From assembly GCA_963742415.1 (NCBI GenBank), contig CAVULX010000003.1, positions 832,001-896,000 of the forward strand: a DNA stretch of 64,000 nucleotides. Direction: 5' to 3'. The notes beneath the pieces are model-generated. The model was not told the DNA's origin, ran no database searches, and saw only the letters and a program-made list of their open reading frames with translations. This document shows, in pieces, positions 20,929 through 32,810 of the stretch. The first letter of the stretch is position 1; every line of letters begins with the position of its first letter. The position numbers and the translations under genes were made by a program. The stretch is from an uncultured Parachlamydiaceae bacterium. GTDB taxonomy: Bacteria > Chlamydiota > Chlamydiia > Chlamydiales > Parachlamydiaceae.

Positions 20929-21450
20929 ATGAAAAAACTAATTCTCTTTTTAACTCTCTGTTCTTTTTCTCTTTCAAGTTGCTGTACCGTAACACGTTCT
21001 TCTGAACAAGCCATCACAATTGCTTCTAATCCTCCGAATGCAAGAATCACAATTGATGGGTATGATTGCGGAACGACTCCCCAAATCATTGCGGTAGATT
21101 TAAAACATACTCACCATGTTCTTATAGAAAAAGAAGGGTTTCAGTCAAAAAGTTATACTTTTAAGTCGAGAGTGAGCCCCCTAAAACTAAGTTCTAATGT
21201 TTTATTCCCAATTGGTCTTGGTTTAGTAGGCACGGGGACCGCGCTAGTTTTAATGAGCGGCACCACCGCTGGTCTTGCGGCTCCTTTTGTAATATTTGGG
21301 GCAATTGCCGGAGCATGTGTTGGGGGTGTTGTCGGAGCTGCCGGCACCGGAGTTGATATCTATTCAGGAAAAGGTTGTGAATTTACCTCAAACGCAATTC
21401 AAGCTAATTTAGAGCCAATGCTAATACCTCCCTATAAAATTTCGCAATAA
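20929..21450 (+). CDS. PEGA-domain lipoprotein with C-terminal Gly-rich hydrophobic hairpin
   Basis: GGAGG RBS; lipobox LSSC; SNPPNARITIDG...GTTP...IEKEGF PEGA motif. Confidence 0.8.
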   Translation: MKKLILFLTLCSFSLSSCCTVTRSSEQAITIASNPPNARITIDGYDCGTTPQIIAVDLKHTHHVLIEKEGFQSKSYTFKSRVSPLKLSSNVLFPIGLGLVGTGTALVLMSGTTAGLAAPFVIFGAIAGACVGGVVGAAGTGVDIYSGKGCEFTSNAIQANLEPMLIPPYKISQ

Positions 21451-21535
21451 GAACCGATCTGAAGAATATTCAAAATAAAAATCTTGAAAAAAACAGGAAT
21501 ATTGGCGCACAATGAGCCAAACAAACGAGTAACGT

Positions 21536-21898
21536 ATGCATATAAACAAGATCATTTCAAGCTATTATGAGGAGCTTCAACGTGCTTTTGAGGCAAAGCA
21601 AATAGATTTCTCCAAGCTTCATTTAGCTGATAATATTCGCGTTGTGGGCCCCAACGAAAATTTTGAGGGGCGGCATCATGTTGAAAAAATGTATAAACAA
21701 TTCATTCTGATCGTCGAATATTTTGACATCAAGCATCAATATATCGATAAGGATTCAGCCTGCACGATTTTAGATTGTGTAACCCATACCCCTGCCGGAA
21801 CCGTTTTGACAGCGGAATGGATTCTCGTTAAAGATGATCACATTTCTGAAATTTACCCCATTTATGACTCCGCAGCCTGGGCTAAAATAGGCCCATAG
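21536..21898 (+). CDS. SnoaL/NTF2-like protein
   Basis: 120 aa; LADNIRVVGP...EG...AEWILVKDDHISEI...YD pattern. Confidence 0.7.
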   Translation: MHINKIISSYYEELQRAFEAKQIDFSKLHLADNIRVVGPNENFEGRHHVEKMYKQFILIVEYFDIKHQYIDKDSACTILDCVTHTPAGTVLTAEWILVKDDHISEIYPIYDSAAWAKIGP

Positions 21899-21916
21899 GC
21901 AAGTCATGTTGTCCCA

Positions 21917-22200
21917 CATCAAGCTAAGGAAAACCATTTGTTAGCAGGCTGAAGGCCTGCCATATAATAGCCTGGGGCAGCGCCCCAGGTATTGTAGCAA
22001 TTGGAAGTTTTAATTTTCTAAACATCACGGAATTGCGCATTAATATTGCAGGCTCTCGCCTGCTGGGGCGTTGCCCCAGGCCATTATATGGCAGGCCTTC
22101 AGCCTGCAATGCCTTTAATAACTAAACCTGGGGCGCTGCCCCAGGCTATTATAAACCAGGCCTTCGGCCTGATCAAAAAGGCAATCTGCTTAGCTTGATG
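21917..22200. repeat. Cluster of three REP-like palindromic units inside a 12-bp inverted repeat
   Basis: Outer CATCAAGCTAAG (21917-21928) / CTTAGCTTGATG (22189-22200); units GCAGGCTGAAGGCCTGC..CCTGGGGCAGCGCCCCAGG at 21944-21989, with inverted copies at 22063-22107 and 22127-22171. Confidence 0.85.
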
Positions 22201-22233
22201 CGCATGGGCTTGACGCCGCATTCCAAAAAGCTT

Positions 22234-23787
22234 TTAAGCCAAGCTTTGGAGCAGATGATCTCCCACACGCAAGGCATTTGCAATCACTGTGAGGGAGGGG
22301 TTAACAGCTCCAATGCTGGGAAAGAAACTCGTATCGACCACATATAAGTTGTTGAGTTCATGGGCTTTACAATTTAAATCCAATACGGATGCTTTGGGAT
22401 CTGTTCCAAATCGGCAGGTTCCCGCTTGATGGGCCACCCCGGCAATCGGAATATTTGTTTTAAGGTAGAGATTTCTAGGGATTAAATATTCCGGGTTCAT
22501 CCCTAAATGATTAAGCATTGACTTAAGCTTTTCATATAATTTCTGAGAAGGTATTTGATTATTCGGCTTGTAATTCAAAGTGACTTTTCCCGCTTTGTCC
22601 ACCGTGATCCGATTTTGGGGATCGGGAAGATCTTCGGTCATCAACCAGAAATCAACTGCATGGCGGGAAATTTCCTCTAGTGCCATCTGAGGAACTAAGG
22701 CTGTTTCAAGAGGCTTTTCCCCTCTATACATAGGAGGCAAAGATTTTCCGACCATTTGGATGCTTCCCATGGGGTATTTAAACTCCTCCATTCCGAAGTA
22801 AAAATCGTTCAAGGCTAGAGTTTTTTGAAAAAAAGTTAAATTAGGTTCTTTGGACAAGGCCAATACCGCTTGGCTATTATGAAACATATAGTGGCGTCCA
22901 ACCATGTCTGAACCATTAGCAAGACCTTTCGGATGTTTATCATTGGCTGACATCAAGAGCAGCTTGGCTGAATTGGCGGCCCCGCAAGAAACAACAACAA
23001 CGCCTCCTTTAAAGATCGTCGGCTTGCCTTCGACCTCAACAACCACTTCATTGACAGAAGTTCCTGCAGTATTCGTATTGAGTTTTATCGCTTTTGCATT
23101 TGTAAGCAATTTGAGGTTTGAAAACTTCAATGCCGGACGGACGGCGATCACTTCCGCATCGGCTTTGGCATGGACTAAGCAAGGGAAGCCGTCACATGTT
23201 TGGCACCGGATGCAGGGACTAAAAGGGGGATTTTGCTCATTGAGCATAATTGCGCATGGGGCAGGAAAGGGGTGGTAGCCGGCGCTTTCGAGGTTGTTGT
23301 AGAGCTCTTGAATGCGAGGTTCATGTGAAATGGGAGGATAGGGATAAGGAGTACTTGCAGGAGGCTCTGTAGGATCAATTCCCCGTTTTCCATGGACTTG
23401 GTAAAGCTTTTCCGCTTTGGTGTAAAAGGGTTCCAGTTCTTCATAACGGATGGGCCATGCCGGAGATACTCCATCATAATGCTTAAGCTCGCTAAAATCC
23501 TCTTGACGTAGCCTAAAAAGGGCTGCTCCATACATTTTGGTCGCTCCACCGACGAAATAATGCACTTGCGGTTGAAAGGCTATTCCATTTTTGTCATACC
23601 AAGTATCAGGAGAGATATATCTGTTATCTTCGAATACGGCTTTGGCATCCCAGTTTTCCACTTCCCTCTTTAGCCAGCCCCCCTGTTCTAATAATAGAAT
23701 CCGCTTTCCGGAAGGGGCTAAATGGTATGCTAAGGTTCCTCCGCCGGCTCCGCTGCCAATAATGATCACGTCATAGTTTGTGTCCAT
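22234..23787 (-). CDS. GMC family oxidoreductase
   Basis: GSGAGGG FAD motif, VGGATKMYGA, HQAGTCRFG, LYVVDTSFFPSIGAVNPSLT. Confidence 0.92.
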   Translation of the reverse strand: MDTNYDVIIIGSGAGGGTLAYHLAPSGKRILLLEQGGWLKREVENWDAKAVFEDNRYISPDTWYDKNGIAFQPQVHYFVGGATKMYGAALFRLRQEDFSELKHYDGVSPAWPIRYEELEPFYTKAEKLYQVHGKRGIDPTEPPASTPYPYPPISHEPRIQELYNNLESAGYHPFPAPCAIMLNEQNPPFSPCIRCQTCDGFPCLVHAKADAEVIAVRPALKFSNLKLLTNAKAIKLNTNTAGTSVNEVVVEVEGKPTIFKGGVVVVSCGAANSAKLLLMSANDKHPKGLANGSDMVGRHYMFHNSQAVLALSKEPNLTFFQKTLALNDFYFGMEEFKYPMGSIQMVGKSLPPMYRGEKPLETALVPQMALEEISRHAVDFWLMTEDLPDPQNRITVDKAGKVTLNYKPNNQIPSQKLYEKLKSMLNHLGMNPEYLIPRNLYLKTNIPIAGVAHQAGTCRFGTDPKASVLDLNCKAHELNNLYVVDTSFFPSIGAVNPSLTVIANALRVGDHLLQSLA

Positions 23788-23796
23788 AACTACCTC

Positions 23797-26514
23797 TTAA
23801 ATATGCCCGACCTTTTCTTTTTCGATCGACCTTGGAGATCCTTGCGAAGTGAATTTCCCATATTGTTGAATTAGCTTCGCGACCAAACTTGTCCATCCGG
23901 TTTGGTTGCTTGCCCCTAAGCCTGTCCCATTGTCCCCGTGAAAATACTCATGAAAAAGGATATAATCCCGCCAATGAGGATCGTTTTGAAATTTTTTAAT
24001 TTCTCCGTAAACGGGTCTGCGCCCCTGTTGATCTTTGAGAAAAATGGAAATCAAGCGAAGGGTGATCTCTGAGGCGACCTCCCATAGGTTGATCATGTTG
24101 TTAGAGTTTGGCGGAAACTCGATCTTTAATGTGTCTCCGTAGTAGTAATGAAATTTTTGCAAAGATTCAATAATGAGATAATTCAACGGAAACCAGACGG
24201 GACCTCTCCAGTTTGAATTTCCCCCGAATAAGCCTGTGGTTGATTCCGCGGGTTCATAATCCAGCTCGAATACTTTTTCATCGAAACAAATGATGAAAGG
24301 GTGTTTTTGATGATATTTAGAAACGGATCTGATGCCATAAGGGCTTAAAAATTGGTTCTCGTCGAGAAGTTTTTTCAAGACCTTGATCAATTTTGGACGT
24401 GATGCAAAGGCTAGCAGAATGCGCCCTTCAACGCCTAGCTCTTCGAGGTCCGCTACATTGTGGAGCATTTCCGGCCGATTTTTGATAAACCAAAGAAAAC
24501 GGCGCCGATAGTTAGGATATTGATTGGAGATTTGAGTTTCGTTTGTGGCCACGGCAAATAGGGGGATGACTCCGGCCATATTGTCTTGATGAAATATGTT
24601 TTCTTTTCCATCGGGCATGATCAAAAGGCTGTAATAGAAACCATCTTCCTTGTCCCACAGCCCATCTATGTTGCCTGTCACGTTATTGATGGCATCGGCA
24701 ATATCCACAAAATGTTCAAAAAATTTGGTGGCGAGGTCTTCGTAAACAGGGTTTTTAGAGGCAAGCTCCAGAGCAATTTGAAGGCAGTTAAGGCAATACA
24801 TCCCCATCCAGCCTGTAGCGTCAGGTTGTTCCAGTGTGCCCCCCATTGGAGGCCTGAGCGAGCGGTCAAAAGCTCCGATGTTATCCAGGCCAAGAAATCC
24901 TCCTTCGAAAATGTTCCGCCCTTCGAGGTCTTTGCGATTAACCCACCACGTAAAATTGATAACTAATTTTTGGAATACCCTTTCCAAAAAGGAGCGGTCT
25001 TCCCTTCCATACATCGTTTTTTCTATCTGATAGACCCGCAAAGCTGCCCAAGCTTGCACAGGGGGATTGACATCGGAAAAATTCCATTCGTAAGCTGGAA
25101 TCTGTCCGTCAGGGGTCAGATACCACTCCCTTGTAAGGAGGAGTAATTGTTTTTTTGCAAAGTCTGGATCAATCATTGCTAAGGAAATGGTGTGGAAAGC
25201 TAAATCCCAAGCGGCGAACCAGGGGTACTCCCATTTGTCAGGCATCGAAAATATATCAAAAGCATCTAGATGGGGCCAATGTTCGTTTCTGATTTTGTTC
25301 CGTCCTTCAGGCGGAGGGGGCTGTGTGGGGTCTCCTTGCAACCATCGCTTCACATTATAGTGGTAGCATTGCTTATTCCAGAGCAGACCTGCCAAGGCTT
25401 GCCGCTGCACGTTACGCATATCATCTGAAAGGGGATAAGGGGTAACTTGCTGATAAAATTCATCCGCCTCCTTCTTTCTTTGGGAAAAGAGGTTATCAAA
25501 ATTTTGGCTAAACGGTTGAGACCCATTTTGGGACTGGCCAAGGCGGAGTTTAATGACTTTTGTTTCTCCCGGGGCAATTTGCAGCTTGTATAAAACCGCC
25601 GCTTTGGTGCCTTGATTTTTTGGATTTACAGCCGTTTTATTTCCGTGAATCACATAGTCGTCGATCCCATCTTTGACATAAGGGGATTCATTTTGAGAAT
25701 GGAATAACCGTTGGTTATTAGTTTCATTCTCTGTGAAGAGGATGGCATCGGGGTGGTCGCTATACAGCCAATAATCTCCGAGCTGATTGTGAGAGACTTT
25801 TAATACCTGCAGCTGATTTGTTTTGTTGACGAGTTGGATGGAAGGCTTATGGGTGTTTTTGTCCCATGACCATGTGTTGCGAAACCACAAGGTGGGAAGC
25901 AGATCTAGGGTGGCTGTGTCAGGACCCCGATTGGCAATTGAAATCCGAATCAATAAATCTTGAGGGGTCTCTTTCGCATATTCTGTGAAGACGTCGAAAT
26001 ATCTCTCATCGTCAAAAATTCCGGTATCTAATAGCTCGTATTCGGGCTCGAGTCTTGTTCTCTTCTTATTGGTGTCCACAAGATCTTCGTAGGGATAGGC
26101 TTTTTGAGGATACTTATATAAGTATTTCATGTAGGCGTGGCTAGGAACGTTGTCTAAATAAAAATAATACTCTTTGACATCTTCGCCATGATTCCCCTCA
26201 TGGCCTGTTAAGCCAAATAAACGTTCTTTTAGAATAGGATCTTGCCCATTCCATAACGCTAGGGCAAAGCAGAGCAACTGCTTATCATCGGAAATACCGG
26301 CAAGTCCATCTTCTCCCCACCGGTAGGCCCTGGAACGGGCATGATCATGAGGGAAGTATTCCCAAGCGGTGCCATTGGCGCTGTAATCCTCGCGGACCGT
26401 TCCCCACTGCCGCTCGCTTAAATAAGGTCCCCAAAGGCGCCACGGGGATGTTCCCATGCGTGTTTCTACAAGGCGTTTACCCTCTTCTGTGCTTTCTATA
26501 ACATGATCACCCAT
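23797..26514 (-). CDS. MGH1-like glycoside hydrolase (GH63-related glucosidase)
   Basis: WGPYLSERQWGTVREDYS, MPDKWEYPWFAAWDLAFH, GGNSNWRGPVW, EYFHGDNGTGLGASNQTGWT. Confidence 0.9.
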   Translation of the reverse strand: MGDHVIESTEEGKRLVETRMGTSPWRLWGPYLSERQWGTVREDYSANGTAWEYFPHDHARSRAYRWGEDGLAGISDDKQLLCFALALWNGQDPILKERLFGLTGHEGNHGEDVKEYYFYLDNVPSHAYMKYLYKYPQKAYPYEDLVDTNKKRTRLEPEYELLDTGIFDDERYFDVFTEYAKETPQDLLIRISIANRGPDTATLDLLPTLWFRNTWSWDKNTHKPSIQLVNKTNQLQVLKVSHNQLGDYWLYSDHPDAILFTENETNNQRLFHSQNESPYVKDGIDDYVIHGNKTAVNPKNQGTKAAVLYKLQIAPGETKVIKLRLGQSQNGSQPFSQNFDNLFSQRKKEADEFYQQVTPYPLSDDMRNVQRQALAGLLWNKQCYHYNVKRWLQGDPTQPPPPEGRNKIRNEHWPHLDAFDIFSMPDKWEYPWFAAWDLAFHTISLAMIDPDFAKKQLLLLTREWYLTPDGQIPAYEWNFSDVNPPVQAWAALRVYQIEKTMYGREDRSFLERVFQKLVINFTWWVNRKDLEGRNIFEGGFLGLDNIGAFDRSLRPPMGGTLEQPDATGWMGMYCLNCLQIALELASKNPVYEDLATKFFEHFVDIADAINNVTGNIDGLWDKEDGFYYSLLIMPDGKENIFHQDNMAGVIPLFAVATNETQISNQYPNYRRRFLWFIKNRPEMLHNVADLEELGVEGRILLAFASRPKLIKVLKKLLDENQFLSPYGIRSVSKYHQKHPFIICFDEKVFELDYEPAESTTGLFGGNSNWRGPVWFPLNYLIIESLQKFHYYYGDTLKIEFPPNSNNMINLWEVASEITLRLISIFLKDQQGRRPVYGEIKKFQNDPHWRDYILFHEYFHGDNGTGLGASNQTGWTSLVAKLIQQYGKFTSQGSPRSIEKEKVGHI

Positions 26515-26515
26515 T

Positions 26516-27283
26516 TTATAATCCGGAACTTTGATGCATGAGGCCGCCGTCTACAAATACACTTGTGGCTGTCATATAACTTGCATCATTACTGGCGAGA
26601 AAGGCGACAACTTTGGCAATTTCGTCAGGCTGCGCCATCCTTCCAAGGGGAATGGCTGAATCTAACTTTTGCAATAGTTGAGGATCCTTCATTGTCGATA
26701 CATTGATGGGTGTCGCAACGGCTCCGGGGCCAACTCCGGTGATAAGGATGTTATATTTAGCGAGTTCGATGGCTGCCGTACGAGTGAGCATTCTCATCCC
26801 CCCTTTAGAGAGGCAATAAGGGGTATTATTGGGCATCGGCCAGTCTTCGTGGACGGAGGTGATGTTGATGATCCTCCCTCCCTTTCCTTGTTTGATCATC
26901 TGCTTGGCTGCGATTTGAGTGCCAAAGAAGGCGCTTTTTAGGTTGATGGACAGGACTTTATCATATTGACTTTCTGTTGTGTCCAAGATAGATGTGCGGG
27001 TTTCGACTCCTGCATTGTTGACCATGACATCTAAATGGCCGAATTGTTTCACGGCTGCATCGACGAGTTTTTGTAAATCGGAGACTTTACTGACGTCGGC
27101 CTGAACTCCGACCACTTGATCGCCCAAGGCGAGCACTTTTTTTTCAATCTCTAAGGTGGCGGAAGGATTCACCACGTAATCGATGGCAATGTTGGCCCCT
27201 TGTTTTGCCAATTCAAGAACAATGCTGGCTCCTATGCCTGAGTTTCCTCCGGTGACGATGGCGGTTTTTCCTTTCAAATTCAT
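26516..27283 (-). CDS. Glucose 1-dehydrogenase-like short-chain dehydrogenase
   Basis: TGGNSGIG, NNAG, SVHE, YCLSK catalytic motif, GPGAVATPIN. Confidence 0.88.
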   Translation of the reverse strand: MNLKGKTAIVTGGNSGIGASIVLELAKQGANIAIDYVVNPSATLEIEKKVLALGDQVVGVQADVSKVSDLQKLVDAAVKQFGHLDVMVNNAGVETRTSILDTTESQYDKVLSINLKSAFFGTQIAAKQMIKQGKGGRIINITSVHEDWPMPNNTPYCLSKGGMRMLTRTAAIELAKYNILITGVGPGAVATPINVSTMKDPQLLQKLDSAIPLGRMAQPDEIAKVVAFLASNDASYMTATSVFVDGGLMHQSSGL

Positions 27284-27504
27284 AAGCTTATCCTTGAAAG
27301 GGTGAAAATTGAAGAAGAAGATGTCAAATAAAGAAATATTCTATCTAACCTTTTAAGGTTAAATAGAATATAAATTGCACACCGATTTCTTCTTAATTTT
27401 TTATTATAACTTTTTCTTTTTCAGGTAAAGAAGAATCACATAAGATTGGAGACATCCTCTCTTAAAGGGAAAAAAAGACAATTTTTTTATAATGCACCCT
27501 TAGT

Positions 27505-29286
27505 ATGATCATGGTATTTCTGTTTATCTTTGCTTTAATTGCTTTTTTTTGCGCCGCCTTTGTACTCTACACCCGTTATAGGGTCTATTATTATGCTTGG
27601 TATATCAATTTTCCCAAGCCGAAATACCGCTATGCGGTCGATAAAAATGTCATGGTTCCCATGAAAGATGGGACAAAACTCGCCACAGATATCTATCGTC
27701 CAAAGTCGCACAGAAAATTTCCCGTTATTGTACTTCGAACGCCCTATAATAAATCGGGATCACTGCATCCCTACAGGCCCCTGGCAGAACTCTTTGCTAG
27801 TCAAGGTTACGTCGTGGTTGTTCAAGATGTGAGAGGCAAATTTGCTTCTGAGGGGAGTTTTTACCCCTATGCTTATGAGGCACTTGATGGTCACACAACT
27901 GTGACCTGGGCTGGAGAAGCGCCTTGGTCAAATGGGCGAGTCGCTATTTTAGGAATTTCCTATTTGGGATCATGCGCCTGGTTAGCTGCACGGTATAAAA
28001 GCCCTTATCTTCGTACTGTCGTGCCAATGTTTACCACGCAAAATACATACTCCGTATGGATAGACAAAGGGATCCCATTTCTGAAAGGGCCAATTTTTTG
28101 GTTGGGAAAATATGGGGGGAAAAAAACTAATAACAGGTTGTCGCATGCAGATCTGGTGAACGCTCTTTGGGAATTGCCTGTAAACAATTTGGATATGGCT
28201 TTTGTCAATCACAGAATCCCTTTTTTCAGAGATTATTTAGAACATCTGCAACCCGATTCATTTTGGAAAGAGATTAGCAGCCAACATTGCAGCGATACAC
28301 TCAATATCCCAGCACTTATTATAGGGGGATGGTATGATCCTTTTTTAAATGGGACCATCGAAGATTTTCAATGTATGGTAAAAGCTCCTTTGACTTCAAG
28401 CAATCACCATAGCCGTTTGGTGCTTGGTCCTTGGGGACATAATCCCAATCAAAAATTTAAAGGGATCCATTTTGGTGAGAAGGCCGATTTTAATCCTTTC
28501 ATCACTTCGATGTTGGAATGGTTCGAGGTATGGCTTAAAGAGAATGAGCCTGAGGCCGCACCCTCTAAAAGAATCCAATATTTTGTCATGGGAAAAAACG
28601 AGTGGAAAGAAGCAGAACAGTGGCCCCCTTCTAACGTCGCATATGAGAAGTATTTCCTCTCTATGAAAAAACGGAAATCGCATACCCAACAAGGTCTCTT
28701 ATCCGCTATACAGTCTCAAGATGTTGATCAGACCCATTTTATTTACAATCCTCTCGATCCTGTCCTTTTTAGAGGAACTCGCCTTCTGGATAGTCAGGCA
28801 TGGATTGAACAGACTGAGCAAAGTGAAATTACAGATAGAGAGGATGTTTTGATTTATACATCGGAGTCTCTCGAAAAAGAATTGACTATTGCAGGGACGA
28901 TTAAGCTGATTTTGCATGTGTCTTCAGAAGCTGTTGATACAGACTTCTGTGCTAAAATTTGTGATATGCACCCGAATGGGAAAGCCTACAATTTGACACC
29001 AGGATTTATCAGAATGAGATATCGTCAATCGCTGATGGAGCCTCTATTAATGGAACCTCAGCGCATCTATCGGATTGAGATCTCCTTCAAACCAGTGGCT
29101 AATACCTTCTTAAAAGATCATTGCATTCAATTACAGATCACCTCATCAGATTTTCCTGTGCATGATAGGAATTTGAATACAGGATTAAGTTGCGAAACTT
29201 CGATTGAAATCAAAGAGACCAAGCAAACCATCTACACAGGGGGTCCTTACGATTCCTATCTTCTTATTCCTGTGTTAAATGAATGA
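27505..29286 (+). CDS. CocE/NonD family hydrolase with N-terminal membrane anchor
   Basis: MKDGTKLATDIYRP, RTPY, QDVRG, GISYLG nucleophile, GWYD, GPWGH, PepX-C-like domain. Confidence 0.92.
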   Translation: MIMVFLFIFALIAFFCAAFVLYTRYRVYYYAWYINFPKPKYRYAVDKNVMVPMKDGTKLATDIYRPKSHRKFPVIVLRTPYNKSGSLHPYRPLAELFASQGYVVVVQDVRGKFASEGSFYPYAYEALDGHTTVTWAGEAPWSNGRVAILGISYLGSCAWLAARYKSPYLRTVVPMFTTQNTYSVWIDKGIPFLKGPIFWLGKYGGKKTNNRLSHADLVNALWELPVNNLDMAFVNHRIPFFRDYLEHLQPDSFWKEISSQHCSDTLNIPALIIGGWYDPFLNGTIEDFQCMVKAPLTSSNHHSRLVLGPWGHNPNQKFKGIHFGEKADFNPFITSMLEWFEVWLKENEPEAAPSKRIQYFVMGKNEWKEAEQWPPSNVAYEKYFLSMKKRKSHTQQGLLSAIQSQDVDQTHFIYNPLDPVLFRGTRLLDSQAWIEQTEQSEITDREDVLIYTSESLEKELTIAGTIKLILHVSSEAVDTDFCAKICDMHPNGKAYNLTPGFIRMRYRQSLMEPLLMEPQRIYRIEISFKPVANTFLKDHCIQLQITSSDFPVHDRNLNTGLSCETSIEIKETKQTIYTGGPYDSYLLIPVLNE

Positions 29287-29301
29287 AGTTTCAAGGACAA
29301 T

Positions 29302-29784
29302 TCATTCATATGTAACGATCGGATCTATGACCGCAAAACCACGGGCTTCGAAATTAGGATTCTCATTCTGGTCTTTTCCCTGTTTGCTTGACATAACCAT
29401 TGCATCTTCAAGATTTACGTTAAAAACGGTTGATTTATTAAGGTTTAATTCAACTCTAGTCTTTTTAATACCCTCAAAATTTTCCGCTCTTGTAATTAGG
29501 GAAAGTACTCCTATACCATGAGGGGCTTCTAATGTAATTGTCACAAGTTGTGTTTCGAAAGCAGGTATTGAAACTATTTTATTGTGGTTGGCTTCTTTAA
29601 GTGTCTGCAAATGATTGCTAGTTATGAGGGATACAATCACTTTGTCAAATGTATGATTGGTAAAATTCAGTTTAACTTCCGTAGTAGGAACGGATGCTTC
29701 GTTTTTTGCCTCCTGACTATGAACGGCAGAAATACAAAATAAACTAAAAGCAAATGCAAAAATAGACCAATATAATTTAATCAT
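29302..29784 (-). CDS. Hypothetical exported protein
   Basis: AGGAG RBS; signal-peptide-like N-terminus ending AVHS. Confidence 0.65.
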   Translation of the reverse strand: MIKLYWSIFAFAFSLFCISAVHSQEAKNEASVPTTEVKLNFTNHTFDKVIVSLITSNHLQTLKEANHNKIVSIPAFETQLVTITLEAPHGIGVLSLITRAENFEGIKKTRVELNLNKSTVFNVNLEDAMVMSSKQGKDQNENPNFEARGFAVIDPIVTYE

Positions 29785-29976
29785 GCAAGCTCTTCTCCTT
29801 GCTAGGCTACTTCTAAAAATAATTATAAATATAAATTACTTTGTTAGCAGCAAATTTGCTTTTTTATTCTGATAAAAAATGCAACGTTTTGATTCTCAGG
29901 GCAATACAATTTTGCCGTCCTTGCGAAGGTGTGAAAAATAAGTTTTCAGGAGTTTATTTTCGCTACGGAGTACTAT

Positions 29977-30255
29977 TCAAGAGTTGCAGGGACCTTTAGA
30001 GCTGCCGCAAGGGCAGCAACCCCCACTTCCCTTTGGCTTAGGGGTGGATGATGAAGAATCGTTTGGATTAGGGTTTGAATAATTATTTTTAGCCCATCCT
30101 TCTCCCACAAAAGAAACACCTATGCCGCCGCCAGGGCCTCGCTGCAGGGTGGGCTTATGGCAATTCGGACACTCTTTTTTAGGCTCTTCTGAAATTTTCT
30201 GAAAAATTTCCTGTTTATGTCCACATTGAGTGCAGTGATAGTCATAGGTAGGCAT
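29977..30255 (-). CDS. FmdB family zinc-ribbon protein
   Basis: MPTYDYHCTQCGH...CPNC...FVGEGW; Cys-rich tail. Confidence 0.9.
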   Translation of the reverse strand: MPTYDYHCTQCGHKQEIFQKISEEPKKECPNCHKPTLQRGPGGGIGVSFVGEGWAKNNYSNPNPNDSSSSTPKPKGSGGCCPCGSSKGPCNS

Positions 30256-30279
30256 TATATTTTAGTCTCCAATCAATAC

Positions 30280-30314
30280 AAGAGCGGAGCTTGTCTATCT
30301 CCGCTCTTTTTTTT
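30280..30314. terminator. Hairpin downstream of groEL, possible intrinsic terminator
   Basis: AAGAGCGGAG-N9-CTCCGCTCTT; the long T run is on the + strand and the tail in the groEL direction is weak. Confidence 0.55.
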
Positions 30315-30335
30315 AACTCAGATAAGAAAATGGGG

Positions 30336-32048
<1,713 letters not shown>

Positions 32049-32052
32049 CTAG

Positions 32053-32355
32053 TTAAGATAAGATGCCGAGGATGTCATCTTCGGACATGATGAGATAATC
32101 TTCCTCATCGGAGAGATGTTTAACTTCTGTGCCTGAATAGGAGCTAAACAGAATGCGGTCGCCGATTTTTACGTTCATGGCTTCGGTTTTGCCGTTTTCA
32201 TCCATTTTGCCGGGGCCGACAGCGACTACAACTCCTTCTTTGGGTTTTTCTTGGGCAGTATCGGGCAACAGGATCCCCCCTTTAGAAGTTTGTGCTTTTG
32301 AACGCTGGATCAGTACACGGTTGCCTAAAGGTTTAATATTGTTCTTGCTAGTCAT
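32053..32355 (-). CDS. groES: Co-chaperonin GroES
   Basis: IKPLGNRVL, TSKGGILLPDTAQEKP, VAVGPG, EDDILGI. Confidence 0.98.
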   Translation of the reverse strand: MTSKNNIKPLGNRVLIQRSKAQTSKGGILLPDTAQEKPKEGVVVAVGPGKMDENGKTEAMNVKIGDRILFSSYSGTEVKHLSDEEDYLIMSEDDILGILS

Positions 32356-32389
32356 AATTCCTTGCTCCTTTGTTACATGTCGAAACGAA

Positions 32390-32419
32390 ATTTTAACGAG
32401 ATATTCCGATTTATGTCAA
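32390..32419 (-). promoter_or_regulatory. Sigma70/sigma66-type promoter of groESL
   Basis: TTGACA (32419-32414) - 18 nt - TAAAAT (32395-32390). Confidence 0.65.
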
Positions 32420-32437
32420 GAGGGGAAATGAAAAATT

Positions 32438-32464
32438 TTAGCAATCCGAGGAATTAAGTGCTAA
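32438..32464 (-). promoter_or_regulatory. CIRCE operator (HrcA site)
   Basis: TTAGCACTT-N9-GATTGCTAA vs consensus TTAGCACTC-N9-GAGTGCTAA, just upstream of the groES -35 box. Confidence 0.85.
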
Positions 32465-32470
32465 GAAAGT

Positions 32471-32704
32471 TTATGGCTTAAGGTTTTCCGGAAGCGGACA
32501 GCCCGCTGTTTCCTCGTTGTTGTCTTTGTGAGCAGCTTCCTGTTTTTTTGCGTGATCTTTCAGGTAGTCATCATAATATTCGTAATTATTTTCAGGATGC
32601 ATTCTATTATATTCGCGGACCTCTTCACATTTTTTGCAAACGGCCGGTAGAGGGGAAGAGAGGATAAAGGTTGAAACCAGGGCAAACATTTGAATGTTTT
32701 TCAT
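32471..32704 (-). CDS. Small exported hypothetical protein (CxxC)
   Basis: GGAGG RBS before ATG 32704; signal-like N-terminus followed by CKKC..REYN..HP. Confidence 0.65.
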   Translation of the reverse strand: MKNIQMFALVSTFILSSPLPAVCKKCEEVREYNRMHPENNYEYYDDYLKDHAKKQEAAHKDNNEETAGCPLPENLKP

Positions 32705-32810
32705 CGCAACCTCCTTGAACCTGAGATTTGCCACCTTATTTATACGCTATGCAATTTTTATTTTCTTGTGTATACAAATAATTTATAATTAATTGTAGGG
32801 AGAGGTTGCT

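Noticed and set aside
21924..22109. 61-aa ORF
   Set aside because: Lies wholly within the REP cluster; no RBS or protein-like features
21917..22200. Repeated palindromes as a possible CRISPR array
   Set aside because: Only three units, mixed orientation, irregular spacing, no cas genes; fits REP-like repeats
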